Notes: a model not told the origin generated them from the sequence alone. DNA of 32,000 bases from Sinorhizobium meliloti (GCF_017876815.1 NZ_JAGIOS010000001.1:1140001-1172000), one strand, 5' to 3'. Shown: positions 15,007-24,038, numbered from the stretch's first letter. Translations and numbers: made by a program.

Positions 15007-16401
15007 TTACCGCGTGCCGAGTGCGTCGAGAATGCGGACCCACGAGCGGATGCCCTTGTGGAAGGACGTGAGCTCGTATTTCTCATTGGGCGAGTGGATG
15101 CGGTCGTCGGAAAGACCGAACCCGACGAGCAGCGATTCCATGCCGAGCATCCGCTGGAAATCGCCGACGATCGGTATGGAGCCGCCCATGCCGATCACGA
15201 CGGCGGGCTTCGGCCATTCATCCGAAAGTGCCGCCTTCGCCGTGGTCAGCAGCGCCGAATCATAGGGCAGATGAATAGCCGGCGAACCGCCATGCGCATG
15301 AAATTCGATGGAGCAGTCCGCCGGGATTTTCGAGCGCACATAGGCGCGGAAGCTTTCGCGGATCCTGGCCGGGTCCTGCTTGCCGACGAGGCGGAACGAA
15401 ACCTTGGCGGAGGCTTCCGCGGCGATCACCGTCTTGAATCCTTCGCCGGTATACCCGCCGGTGATGCCGTTGATCTCCGCGGTCGGCCGCGCCCAGGTGA
15501 GTTCGAGCACGGAGCGGCCCCTTTCGCCGGAAGGGATCGAGAGGCCGATCTCGCCGAGGAATTTCTCGGCGGTCTGGCCGAGCGTTTCCCACGTAGCCTT
15601 GATCTCCGCCGGCGTCTCCTCGACGCCTTCGTAGAAATCGTCGAGCGTCACGCGGCCGGTCTCGTCGTGAAGGCCGGCGAGAATCTCGGCCAGGATGTGG
15701 ATCGGGTTCGCCGCCGCGCCACCGAAATAACCGGAGTGCAGGTCGCGGTCCGCCGCCTTGACGACGACCTCCTCGCCGACGAGGCCCCGCAAGCCTGCCG
15801 AAATCGCGGGCGTCTCCCGGTCCCACATGCTGGTGTCGCAGACAAGCGCGTAGTCGGCCTTGAGTTCCCCGGCATTGGCTTCGAGGAAGGGCTTGAGCGA
15901 CGGAGAGCCGGATTCCTCTTCACCCTCGAAGAGAATGGTGATGCGGCAGGGCAAGACACCACGGGCTTCCTTATAGGCGCGCACTGCCTCGACGAAGGTC
16001 ATCAACTGGCCCTTGTCGTCGGCCGTACCCCGGCCGGTAATGATCTTGCGGCCGGGCTCGACCTCCCTGAGGGAGGGCTCGAAAGGCGGCGTCTCCCAGA
16101 GGTTCAGGGGATCGACCGGCTGCACATCGTAATGGCCGTAGAAGAGCAGGTGCGGAGCGTCCGCCTTCCCGGCAGCGTGATGGGCGACGACCATCGGATG
16201 GCCGGGCGTGTCGCGCACCGAGGCTTCGAATCCAAGCGTTCCGAGTTCCGCCACCAGCCACTCCGCAGCCTTGCGGCACTCCGCCTTGAAGGCGGGGTCG
16301 GTGGAAATGGACTTGATGCGGACGAGGTCGAAGAGCCGCTCGAGGCTCTGCGGGAGATTTGCGTCGGCGCGCTCGAGAACCGGGGTGATATCTGCCATCA
16401 T
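15007..16401 (-). CDS. M20/M25/M40 family metallopeptidase (dipeptidase / deacylase-like)
   Basis: Motifs are HYDVQP, GRGTADDKG and EGEEESGS. The start was set at the ATG at 16401 (MMADITPV...), which has an AAGGA RBS 6-7 nt upstream. The ORF is open to 16428. Confidence 0.9.
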   Translation of the reverse strand: MMADITPVLERADANLPQSLERLFDLVRIKSISTDPAFKAECRKAAEWLVAELGTLGFEASVRDTPGHPMVVAHHAAGKADAPHLLFYGHYDVQPVDPLNLWETPPFEPSLREVEPGRKIITGRGTADDKGQLMTFVEAVRAYKEARGVLPCRITILFEGEEESGSPSLKPFLEANAGELKADYALVCDTSMWDRETPAISAGLRGLVGEEVVVKAADRDLHSGYFGGAAANPIHILAEILAGLHDETGRVTLDDFYEGVEETPAEIKATWETLGQTAEKFLGEIGLSIPSGERGRSVLELTWARPTAEINGITGGYTGEGFKTVIAAEASAKVSFRLVGKQDPARIRESFRAYVRSKIPADCSIEFHAHGGSPAIHLPYDSALLTTAKAALSDEWPKPAVVIGMGGSIPIVGDFQRMLGMESLLVGFGLSDDRIHSPNEKYELTSFHKGIRSWVRILDALGTR

Positions 16402-16499
16402 GCGAATCCTTTTTGGTTTTCGCGGCAAAACTAGAATCGAAACCCGGCGGCTTTAAGCGAAAACTTTTGATGCAACGATAAATTGTCAGATGAAGAGAA

Positions 16500-16943
16500 T
16501 CAGGAGGCGTCGCCGTGGCGCGCCGTATTCGCGAGCGCCATGCGCATATATTGGAGCATGAGTTCTTTCTCGAAGCGGCGAAAGCCGGAAAGCAGCGACT
16601 GCTCCGCTGCTGCGGCAGCCTCCTTCGCGGCCGCCTCCATCTTACGGGCTCGTTCCGTCAGGAATATCTGCTGCGAACGCTTGTCGTTCGGATGCTTGCG
16701 GCGGACGATAAGGCCGTCGCGCTCCATTCGGGCGAGCGTATTGGCCATGGTTGCCTGCTCGATGTCGAGCCGGTCGAGAAGTTGTCTCTGCGTCAGCCCT
16801 TCCTCGGACCATAATTCCAGGAGGACCGGGAACTGCCCGGGGGCAAAGCCGAGTTTCTGACCGCGCTCCTGTAGGGCGCGCGAGAAACCCCTCGCCAACA
16901 AGCTGGCCAGGTAAGTCGCAGATTCCATACGATTGAAGGCCAT
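16500..16943 (-). CDS. MarR family transcriptional regulator
   Basis: The ORF 16500..17186 was trimmed to the ATG at 16943 (MAFNRMESATYLASLLARGF...). The winged HTH is LTQRQLLDRLDIEQATMANTLARMERDGLIVR. The 5' extension of the long ORF would run through a strong terminator. Confidence 0.88.
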   Translation of the reverse strand: MAFNRMESATYLASLLARGFSRALQERGQKLGFAPGQFPVLLELWSEEGLTQRQLLDRLDIEQATMANTLARMERDGLIVRRKHPNDKRSQQIFLTERARKMEAAAKEAAAAAEQSLLSGFRRFEKELMLQYMRMALANTARHGDAS

Positions 16944-17066
16944 GCCTATGCCTACGCGGGAAGGAGCGCGAAGACAAGTTACAATGCCTGCAATGAAGCC
17001 GAACTGCGCCGACTTCACGGGGATTTGAGACTGCGTGGCGAAACGCTTTCGACCGTCGGGCAAAGG

Positions 17067-17107
17067 CAACAAAAAACCGCCACGGCGCGGAGGCTGCGCC
17101 GTGGCGG
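17067..17107 (-). terminator. Strong Rho-independent terminator (minus strand)
   Basis: It has a 12-bp perfect GC-rich stem, a 7-nt loop and a U6 tract. It lies upstream of the marR start, so it cannot terminate any annotated CDS. Confidence 0.85.
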
Positions 17108-17220
17108 CTCTTTGAAAGCGGGACAAAGGCCCGGAGAGGGGGATGAGGCCTTTGTCCTCATCTGGTGCGGGCGGGGGACAGGCCAATCACCAGACTCACG
17201 GCATTGTATGAGTGCCGCTC
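17067..17220 (-). ncRNA. Candidate sRNA in the marR-polA intergenic region (position recalls the alpha-r7 / SmrC7-type sRNA)
   Basis: The minus-strand transcript model has four elements. Hairpin 1 is UCUGGUG...CACCAGA. Hairpin 2 is an 11-bp perfect stem GGACAAAGGCC-[UCAUCCCCCUCUCCG]-GGCCUUUGUCC (17121-17157). The terminator is CCGCCACGGCGC-[AGCCUCC]-GCGCCGUGGCGG followed by UUUUUUGUUG (17067-17107). A candidate promoter lies at 17227-17255. No credible CDS is present. Confidence 0.55.
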
Positions 17221-17226
17221 GACATG

Positions 17227-17255
17227 ATTTGTGGATTGAAATGTGGCATTTCAAG
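17227..17255 (-). promoter_or_regulatory. Candidate sigma-70-type promoter for the minus-strand sRNA
   Basis: The minus strand reads CTTGAA-N17-ACAAAT, compared with the rhizobial consensus CTTGAC-N17-CTATAT. This predicts a TSS near 17220 and an RNA of about 150 nt. Confidence 0.4.
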
Positions 17256-17415
17256 GATAGGCCGACCGAATCGCGCATTACAAATGCGTAACGTTTGCGT
17301 GAGTGTTCGGCGCCGAACTTCAGGGCTCCGGCAATGCCTTTGCCGCTCGACTTAATAGGGTAGTGCGGGAAAAGCGCAATGGACCTTTCCCCTGCCTCGC
17401 GCTATCCATGGCCGC

Positions 17416-20400
17416 ATGAAAAACGGTGATCATCTCTTCCTCGTCGACGGCTCGGGCTTCATCTTCCGGGCGTTCCACGCCATCCCGCCGCTCAACCGCA
17501 AGTCGGACGGACTTCCCGTCAATGCGGTCGCGGGATTCTGCAACATGCTCTGGAAGCTTTTGACCGACGCGCGCGACACCTCCGTGGGCGTGACGCCGAC
17601 ACATCTGGCCGTGATCTTCGACTATTCCTCGAAGACCTTCCGCAACGGGCTCTACGATCAGTACAAGGCCAACCGGACAGCGCCGCCGGAGGATCTGATC
17701 CCGCAGTTCGGGCTCATCCGCCACGCCACCCGCGCCTTCAACCTGCCCTGCATCGAGAAGGAAGGCTACGAGGCCGACGACCTCATCGCGACCTATGCAC
17801 GGCTTGCCGAGGAGGCGGGCGCCGACGTGACCATCGTTTCCTCCGACAAGGACCTCATGCAGCTCGTCACGCCGAAGGTGTCGATGTACGACAGCATGAA
17901 GGACAAGCAGATCACCGTTCCGGACGTGATCGAAAAGTGGGGCGTGCCGCCGGAAAAGATGATCGATCTCCAGGCCATGACCGGCGATTCGACCGACAAC
18001 GTGCCGGGCATCCCCGGGATAGGGCCGAAGACGGCAGCCCAGCTCCTCGAAGAGTATGGCGATCTGGACACGCTGCTTGCGCGGGCCGGCGAGATCAAAC
18101 AGCAGAAGCGGCGCGAGTCCATCATCGCCAATGCCGATCTGGCGCGCCTTTCGCGTGAGCTCGTGACGCTGAAGAAAGACACGCCGCTCGACGTTCCGCC
18201 CGAGGACTTCAGGCTCGATTCGCAGGACGGCCCGAAGCTCATCGCATTCCTGAAGGCGATGGAATTCACCACGCTCACGCGCCGCGTCGCAGCGGCGACG
18301 GATACGGATGCAGAAGCGATCGAACCGGCTCATGTGCCGGTCGAATGGGGCGCGCAAGCGCATGGGCCGGATCTAGACGTCGGAGAGGCCGGCGGCCCGC
18401 CGCCGTCGCCGCAATCATCGAGCGCGACGCCGCCTAGGGGAAATGCGGCCAGGGCGGCTGTCTCGTTCCTCTCCTCCGGCCAGGATGCCGATACGACCGG
18501 CGCGACGCCCACCGGCCTCGCCGAGGCGCGTGCGGCCTATTTCGGCAAAGCCCCGTTCGACCATCCCGGATATCGCACCATCCGCGATATCGATACGCTC
18601 GAGCGTTGGATCGCAGACGCCCGCGAGGCGGGGCTCGTCGGCTTCGATACCCAGGCGACGTCGCCCGACGCCATGCGCGCCGACCTCGTCGGCTTTTCGC
18701 TCGCGGTCGCCGATTACGCGAACGACCCGTCGGGCTCGAGGATCAGGGCGGCCTACGTGCCGCTCGCCCATAAGAGCGGCGTCAGCGACCTCCTGGGGGG
18801 TGGACCTGTCGACAGCCAGGTTCCGGTCCGGGAGACCTTAAGCCGGCTAAAGGAGCTGTTGGAGGACCCGTCCGTCCTGAAGGTGGGGCAGAACCTGAAA
18901 TACGGCTACCTCGTGATGAAGCGGCATGGCATCGCCATGCGAAGCTTCGACGACACGATGCTGATGTCCTATGTGCTCGATGCCGGCAACGGCGCCCACG
19001 GCATGGATTCGCTTGCCGAGCGGTGGCTTGGCCACACGCCGATCGCCTATAAGGACGTCACCGGCACCGGCCGGTCTTCGCTCACCTTCGACTTCGTCGA
19101 CATCGACAAGGCGACGGCCTATGCGGCGGAGGATGCGGATATCGCGCTGAGGCTTTGGCATGTGCTGAAGCCCCGGCTCGCCGCCAAGGGGTTGACGCGC
19201 GTCTACGAGCGGCTGGAGCGGCCGCTGATCTCCGTCCTTGCCGGGATGGAGGAACGCGGCATAACCGTCGACCGGCAGATTCTGTCACGCCTCTCCGGCG
19301 AGCTGGCGCAGGGGGCGGCGGCGCTCGAAGACGAGATCTATCGCCTCGCCGGCGAGACATTCACCATCGGCTCGCCGAAGCAGCTCGGCGACATTCTCTT
19401 CGGCAAGATGGGTCTTCCGGGCGGCTCCAAGACCAAGACCGGGCAATGGTCGACCTCCGCGCAGGTGCTCGAGGACCTCGCGGCCGCCGGACACGACTTG
19501 CCCCGCAAGATCGTCGACTGGCGGCAGCTGACCAAGTTGAAATCGACCTATACCGACGCCCTGCCCGGCTTCGTGCACCCGGAGACGAAGCGCGTCCACA
19601 CCTGCTTTGCAATGGCTGCGACGACGACGGGGCGGCTTTCCTCCTCCGATCCGAACCTGCAGAACATTCCGATCAGGACCGGCGAAGGCCGCAAGATCCG
19701 CACGGCCTTCGTGGCGACGCCGGGACACAAGCTTGTCTCGGCGGACTATAGCCAGATCGAGCTGAGAGTGCTCGCCCATGTGGCCGACATCCCGCAGCTG
19801 CGCCAGGCTTTCGCCGATGGCGTCGACATCCATGCGATGACAGCTTCCGAAATGTTCGGCGTGCCGGTGGACGGCATGCCGAGCGAAATTCGCCGCCGCG
19901 CCAAGGCGATCAATTTCGGCATCATCTACGGCATCTCCGCCTTTGGGCTCGCCAACCAGCTTTCGATCGAGCGTTCGGAGGCGGGGGATTACATCAAACG
20001 CTATTTCGAGCGCTTCCCCGGCATCCGGGACTATATGGAGAACACCAAGGCCTTTGCCCGCGAGAACGGCTATGTCGAGACGATTTTCGGCCGCCGGGCC
20101 CACTACCCGGACATCCGCTCGTCCAATCCGTCGATGCGCGCCTTCAACGAGCGCGCTTCGATCAACGCCCCCATCCAGGGCTCGGCCGCCGACATCATCC
20201 GCCGTGCCATGGTCAAGATGGAACCGGCACTCGAAGCGGCGAAGCTCTCCGCGCGAATGCTGCTTCAGGTCCATGACGAGCTGATCTTCGAGGTGGAGGA
20301 TGGCGAGATCGAGCGGACCATTCCGGTGATCATCTCGGTGATGGAGAACGCCGCGATGCCCGCGCTCGACATGAGGGTGCCGCTCAAGGTCGATGCGCGC

Positions 20401-20430
20401 GCGGCACACAACTGGGACGAGGCGCATTAA
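17416..20430 (+). CDS. polA: DNA polymerase I
   Basis: The 1004-aa protein has an N-terminal 5'-3' exonuclease domain (LFLVDGSGFIFRAFHA). Its polymerase motifs are A (DYSQIELR), B (RRAKAINFGIIYG) and C (QVHDEL). Confidence 0.98.
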   Translation: MKNGDHLFLVDGSGFIFRAFHAIPPLNRKSDGLPVNAVAGFCNMLWKLLTDARDTSVGVTPTHLAVIFDYSSKTFRNGLYDQYKANRTAPPEDLIPQFGLIRHATRAFNLPCIEKEGYEADDLIATYARLAEEAGADVTIVSSDKDLMQLVTPKVSMYDSMKDKQITVPDVIEKWGVPPEKMIDLQAMTGDSTDNVPGIPGIGPKTAAQLLEEYGDLDTLLARAGEIKQQKRRESIIANADLARLSRELVTLKKDTPLDVPPEDFRLDSQDGPKLIAFLKAMEFTTLTRRVAAATDTDAEAIEPAHVPVEWGAQAHGPDLDVGEAGGPPPSPQSSSATPPRGNAARAAVSFLSSGQDADTTGATPTGLAEARAAYFGKAPFDHPGYRTIRDIDTLERWIADAREAGLVGFDTQATSPDAMRADLVGFSLAVADYANDPSGSRIRAAYVPLAHKSGVSDLLGGGPVDSQVPVRETLSRLKELLEDPSVLKVGQNLKYGYLVMKRHGIAMRSFDDTMLMSYVLDAGNGAHGMDSLAERWLGHTPIAYKDVTGTGRSSLTFDFVDIDKATAYAAEDADIALRLWHVLKPRLAAKGLTRVYERLERPLISVLAGMEERGITVDRQILSRLSGELAQGAAALEDEIYRLAGETFTIGSPKQLGDILFGKMGLPGGSKTKTGQWSTSAQVLEDLAAAGHDLPRKIVDWRQLTKLKSTYTDALPGFVHPETKRVHTCFAMAATTTGRLSSSDPNLQNIPIRTGEGRKIRTAFVATPGHKLVSADYSQIELRVLAHVADIPQLRQAFADGVDIHAMTASEMFGVPVDGMPSEIRRRAKAINFGIIYGISAFGLANQLSIERSEAGDYIKRYFERFPGIRDYMENTKAFARENGYVETIFGRRAHYPDIRSSNPSMRAFNERASINAPIQGSAADIIRRAMVKMEPALEAAKLSARMLLQVHDELIFEVEDGEIERTIPVIISVMENAAMPALDMRVPLKVDARAAHNWDEAH

Positions 20431-20471
20431 GGCCTGTCGAGATTCGGGGTACCCGCAGCGGCTTGTTCGAT

Positions 20472-20505
20472 TACCTCATCCTGTGCTCGTCACAGGGATG
20501 AGGTA
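20472..20505. repeat. Imperfect palindromic hairpin in the convergent polA / dehydrogenase gap
   Basis: The arms are tacctcatcc-tgtg and cacagggatgaggta around the loop ctcgt, giving 14 bp with a 1-nt bulge. There is no U-tract on either side. It resembles a recurrent rhizobial intergenic motif. Confidence 0.5.
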
Positions 20506-20534
20506 AGAGGAGACTGCAGTTCTCCGATGCGTTT

Positions 20535-20570
20535 CCTACAGCGCCGCGCGTCCTATCGGACGCGCAAAGG
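20535..20570. repeat. Truncated copy of the ctacagcgcc-hairpin intergenic repeat
   Basis: The sequence is cctacagcgccGCGCGTCCtatcGGACGCGCaaagg. It shares 33 of 36 positions with 27471-27506. The outer right arm is missing and the copy abuts the dehydrogenase stop codon. Confidence 0.7.
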
Positions 20571-20571
20571 T

Positions 20572-21576
20572 TCAGTCCCGCCCCGGCAGGACCCTGTCCG
20601 GCGGGCGATGGCCGTCGAAGAAGGTGCGGATGTTGATCACCACCTTCTCGCCCATGTCGATACGGCCTTCGAGCGTCGCGGAACTCATATGCGGCAGGAG
20701 CACGACCTTTCCCTCGCCGGCAAGTTTGATGAGCTTCGGATTGACGGACGGCTCGTTCTCGAAGACGTCGAGCCCGGCGCCGGCGATCTTGCCCTCGCGG
20801 AGGCTCTTGATCAGCGCCGCCTCATCGATGATGCCGCCGCGCGCGGTGTTGACGATGTAGCTGTCGGGCCGCATCAGCGCCAGCCGCCGGGCCGAGAGCA
20901 GATGATAGGTCGCCGGAGTCGACGGGCAGTTGACGGAGACGATGTCGACGCGGGCAAGCATCTGGTCGAGGCTGTCCCAATAGGTCGCTTCCAGCATCTC
21001 CTCGGTTTCCGGTTTGACGCGGTGGCGATTGTGATAGTGGATCGAAAGCCCGAAGGCCTTGGCACGGCGGGCGACGGCGGTGCCGATTCTCCCCATGCCG
21101 ACGATGCCTATGCGTTTGCCGGCAATGCGCCGGCCCAGCATCCAGGTGGGAGACCAGCCTGCCCACTCCCCCTTGCGGTCGGTCAGCACCTGCGCACCTT
21201 CGGCGAGCCGGCGCGGCACCGCGAGGATCAGCGCCATGGTCATGTCGGCCGTGTCCTCGGTCAGGACGTTCGGCGTGTTGGTGACGGTTATGCCCTTGCG
21301 TGCGGCCGCATCCACATCGATGTTGTCGACGCCGTTCGAGAAGGCGGCAATCAGCTTCAGCTGCGGCCCGGCCTGCTCGATCAGCGCCGCATCGATCCGG
21401 TCCGTCACCGTCGGCACGAGCACGTCGGCCCGCTTGACCGCGGCGACCAGCTCCGGCTGGCTGCGCGGCGTGTCATCGATGTTCAGCTCCGCGTCGAAGA
21501 GCTCACGCATCCTGGTTTCGACGACATCCGGCAGTTTGCGGGTGATGTAGACCGTTGGCTTTTTCTTGCTTGTCAT
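20572..21576 (-). CDS. D-isomer-specific 2-hydroxyacid dehydrogenase (glyoxylate/hydroxypyruvate reductase-like)
   Basis: The ORF was trimmed to the ATG at 21576 (MTSKKKPTVYITRKLP...). The NAD-binding motif is GIVGMGRIGTAVARR, and the catalytic-region motifs are NTARGG and LLPHMSSAT. Confidence 0.9.
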   Translation of the reverse strand: MTSKKKPTVYITRKLPDVVETRMRELFDAELNIDDTPRSQPELVAAVKRADVLVPTVTDRIDAALIEQAGPQLKLIAAFSNGVDNIDVDAAARKGITVTNTPNVLTEDTADMTMALILAVPRRLAEGAQVLTDRKGEWAGWSPTWMLGRRIAGKRIGIVGMGRIGTAVARRAKAFGLSIHYHNRHRVKPETEEMLEATYWDSLDQMLARVDIVSVNCPSTPATYHLLSARRLALMRPDSYIVNTARGGIIDEAALIKSLREGKIAGAGLDVFENEPSVNPKLIKLAGEGKVVLLPHMSSATLEGRIDMGEKVVINIRTFFDGHRPPDRVLPGRD

Positions 21577-21780
21577 TGCTGTGAGCGGCGCCCTCGTTGA
21601 CGGGTCCTTAACCAAGTCGGGTGATAGTTCTCCCCATAGCCGCAATTTCTACCAGACCCGGTGGGGAACACAATTGAAAGTCGCCGCCCCGTGCGGGGAT
21701 TTGAAAAGTGCGGGGATTTGCGAGCGCCTGGCCGGTCAGCACCGCAAGGGCTTTCGCCAAGCCCTGCTTACGTTCGGAAG

Positions 21781-22332
21781 ATGAGCTTCGTCATGCGTCA
21801 CTTCATTTCACGAGTTTCCACCCTCACGATGGCAGCCTTGCTCGGAGTGGTCTTGACGGCCGGCACCGCCCAGGCGCAGGCGGCGAAGGGGCCGAGCGGC
21901 CTTCCCCTCCCCCGCTTCGTCAGCCTGAAGGCGAAAAGCGTGAACTTGAGAATCGGTCCGAGCGTCGACTATGCCGTCGCCTTCCGCTATCTCAAATCCG
22001 GCGTGCCTGTCGAGATCATCCAGGAATATGACAATTGGCGCCGTATCCGCGACGCCGACGGAACCGAGGGCTGGGTCAACCAGGCGCTTCTGTCCGGCGA
22101 CCGCACGGCGCTGGCGGCCCCGTGGATGCGCAGCAAGGGAGAGGGTGTGTTCGTCAACATGCGGCGCGATCCGCAGGGGACGGCGTCGATCGTCGCGCGC
22201 GTCGAACCAGGCGTCATGCTGCACATCGGCGAATGCAACGGCGACTGGTGCCACGCCGAAACTCAAGGGGTCGAAGGCTGGATTGCCCAGAGCGAGATCT
22301 GGGGAGCCTATCCCGGCGAGGCCTTCAAGTAA
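21781..22332 (+). CDS. SH3b-domain (DUF1058-like) secreted protein
   Basis: The start was set at the ATG at 21781 (MSFVMRHFISRVSTLTMAALLGVVLTAGTAQAQA, a signal peptide), with an alternative ATG at 21793. It has two SH3-like repeats (VNLRIGPS...GWV and VNMRRDP...GWI). Confidence 0.8.
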   Translation: MSFVMRHFISRVSTLTMAALLGVVLTAGTAQAQAAKGPSGLPLPRFVSLKAKSVNLRIGPSVDYAVAFRYLKSGVPVEIIQEYDNWRRIRDADGTEGWVNQALLSGDRTALAAPWMRSKGEGVFVNMRRDPQGTASIVARVEPGVMLHIGECNGDWCHAETQGVEGWIAQSEIWGAYPGEAFK

Positions 22333-22352
22333 GCGTTTCGGGCGGGACGGCG

Positions 22353-22868
22353 TCAGCTCCCTGGTTTTTGGCGTTCGAGCTTGGAAATAAGATCGGCGAC
22401 GAGCTCGTCGGGGTTCTTCTTCGCGGTGTCGATGACGAGGGGTCGCGATCCCCAATCTTCGTAAACGCGATCGGTGATCTCTTCCCAGGTCGGTTTCGTC
22501 AGACCCGGTACGTCGGAAAGCCGGGTTTCCGCGCGGCGGCGATGTTCCGCCTTGTCCGAGCAGACGACCTCCAACTCGACGGCCGGCGCCGCCGACCGGT
22601 CTGCTACCGCGAGCCAGGCGGCTCGCGTCACACCCAGGCCATTGACGGAATCCGCGATGACGGTGTGGCCGAGCGTGAGGTTGTCTTCAGCCACCCCGTA
22701 GGCCGTTACATATCCTGCGGCGCCGACGACGGAACCCGGTACGCCCGAAGCCCGAATGCATTGCTCGATCGTATCGACGCGCACATGCACCGCGCGTAAT
22801 CGCTTCGCCAAAGCGCGAGCAATCGTCGTCTTCCCGGATCCGGGCAAGCCTCCCAAGATGATGAGCAT
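22353..22868 (-). CDS. P-loop kinase / AAA family ATPase (small predicted kinase)
   Basis: The ORF was trimmed to the ATG at 22868 (MLIILGGLPGSGKTTIARALA, a Walker A motif). It is 171 aa and lies 37 nt downstream of the PfkB kinase gene on the same strand. Confidence 0.8.
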   Translation of the reverse strand: MLIILGGLPGSGKTTIARALAKRLRAVHVRVDTIEQCIRASGVPGSVVGAAGYVTAYGVAEDNLTLGHTVIADSVNGLGVTRAAWLAVADRSAAPAVELEVVCSDKAEHRRRAETRLSDVPGLTKPTWEEITDRVYEDWGSRPLVIDTAKKNPDELVADLISKLERQKPGS

Positions 22869-22905
22869 CAACGCGTGCTTTCCATTCGTCGCTCGGACGA
22901 GAGCC

Positions 22906-23898
22906 TCAGACGAGAGCTGCCTGGCGGGCGGCGGTTGCAAGCGAGACCAGCGGCCGCGGGCCGATCTGGCCAATGACGATACCGGCGGCCAGATTGCCGA
23001 GCTTGCTGCACTCCTCGAGCGAGCGGCCGCTGGTATACCCGAAGAGGAAACCGGCGGCATAGAGATCGCCGGCGCCGGTGGTGTCGACCACCTGCTCCAG
23101 AACGCTCGCACCGACGCGTACGCGCTCAGCGCCGCGCACGACGACGGAGCCTTCCTCGCTCAGCGTGACCGCCGCAAGCTTGCAGTCCCTGGCCAGCAGC
23201 TCGAGCGCGCGATCGAAGTCCTCGGTCTCGTAAAGCGCGAGCGCCTCCTGACGGTTGGCGAAGACGATATCGACCGTGCCCGAGCGCATGAGCTCGAGAA
23301 ACTCGCTCCGGTAGCGATGCACGCAGAAACTGTCGGACAGCGTCATCGCCGTTTCCCGCCCATGGGCATGGGCGATGCGCGCCGCTTCGCGGATCGCATC
23401 CTTGGCGCGTGGCGGGTCCCAAAGATAGCCTTCGAAATAGGTAACCTTCGACTGGGCGACGACGTCGTCCTCGACATCCTCCGGGCCGAGCTCGACGCAG
23501 GCGCCGAGATAGGTGTTCATCGAGCGCTCGCCGTCCTCGGTCACGAAGATCATCGAGCGGGCCGTCGGGGGATGGCCGTCGAGCGGCTTCGTCTGGAAAT
23601 GGACGCCCTGTGCGCGGATGTCATGGGTGAAGATTTCGCCGAGCTGGTCGTCGGCGACCTTGCCGAAATAGGCGGCGCGGCCGCCGAGGCTCGCGACGCC
23701 TGCCGCCGTATTGCCGGCGCTGCCGCCGGAGGCTTCGACTGCCGGTCCCATTCTCGAATAGAGCAACTCGGCGCGATCGGCATTGATGAGGTTCATCGCG
23801 CCCTTGATGATGCCGTTTTCTTCGAGAAAGCTGTCATCGCAGCGCGCAATGATATCGACGATCGCGTTGCCGATCGTCAGAACGTCGTATTTTGCCAT
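22906..23898 (-). CDS. PfkB-family carbohydrate/nucleoside kinase, adenosine kinase-like
   Basis: The 330-aa protein has the N-terminal motif VLTIGNAIVD and the PfkB signature DTTGAGDLYAAGF. A GGAG RBS lies 5 nt upstream. Confidence 0.9.
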   Translation of the reverse strand: MAKYDVLTIGNAIVDIIARCDDSFLEENGIIKGAMNLINADRAELLYSRMGPAVEASGGSAGNTAAGVASLGGRAAYFGKVADDQLGEIFTHDIRAQGVHFQTKPLDGHPPTARSMIFVTEDGERSMNTYLGACVELGPEDVEDDVVAQSKVTYFEGYLWDPPRAKDAIREAARIAHAHGRETAMTLSDSFCVHRYRSEFLELMRSGTVDIVFANRQEALALYETEDFDRALELLARDCKLAAVTLSEEGSVVVRGAERVRVGASVLEQVVDTTGAGDLYAAGFLFGYTSGRSLEECSKLGNLAAGIVIGQIGPRPLVSLATAARQAALV

Positions 23899-24038
23899 GA
23901 ACTCCGTCCGGGTTTCCTTAGTGACCGGTGTTCGTTAATAGCGGTTTTCCGGCCATTTGGAAGACGCAACAGCGTTATGCGTCTTTTCAAATGCAGTAAG
24001 GCTCCCGCATGCAGCGGAAATTCCGGGGATGCCGACGA

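Noticed and set aside
23961-23988. A plus-strand terminator-like hairpin (AAGACGCA-N9-TGCGTCTT plus TTCAAAT) in the VOC-PfkB spacer. It could imply a tiny plus-strand RNA.
   Set aside because: There is no plus-strand gene or plausible promoter upstream; only about 60 nt separate it from the PfkB start. On the minus strand, which is the orientation of the flanking genes, it lacks a U-tail. It is most likely an incidental or 3'-end-stabilising structure. Evidence is insufficient for a feature call.
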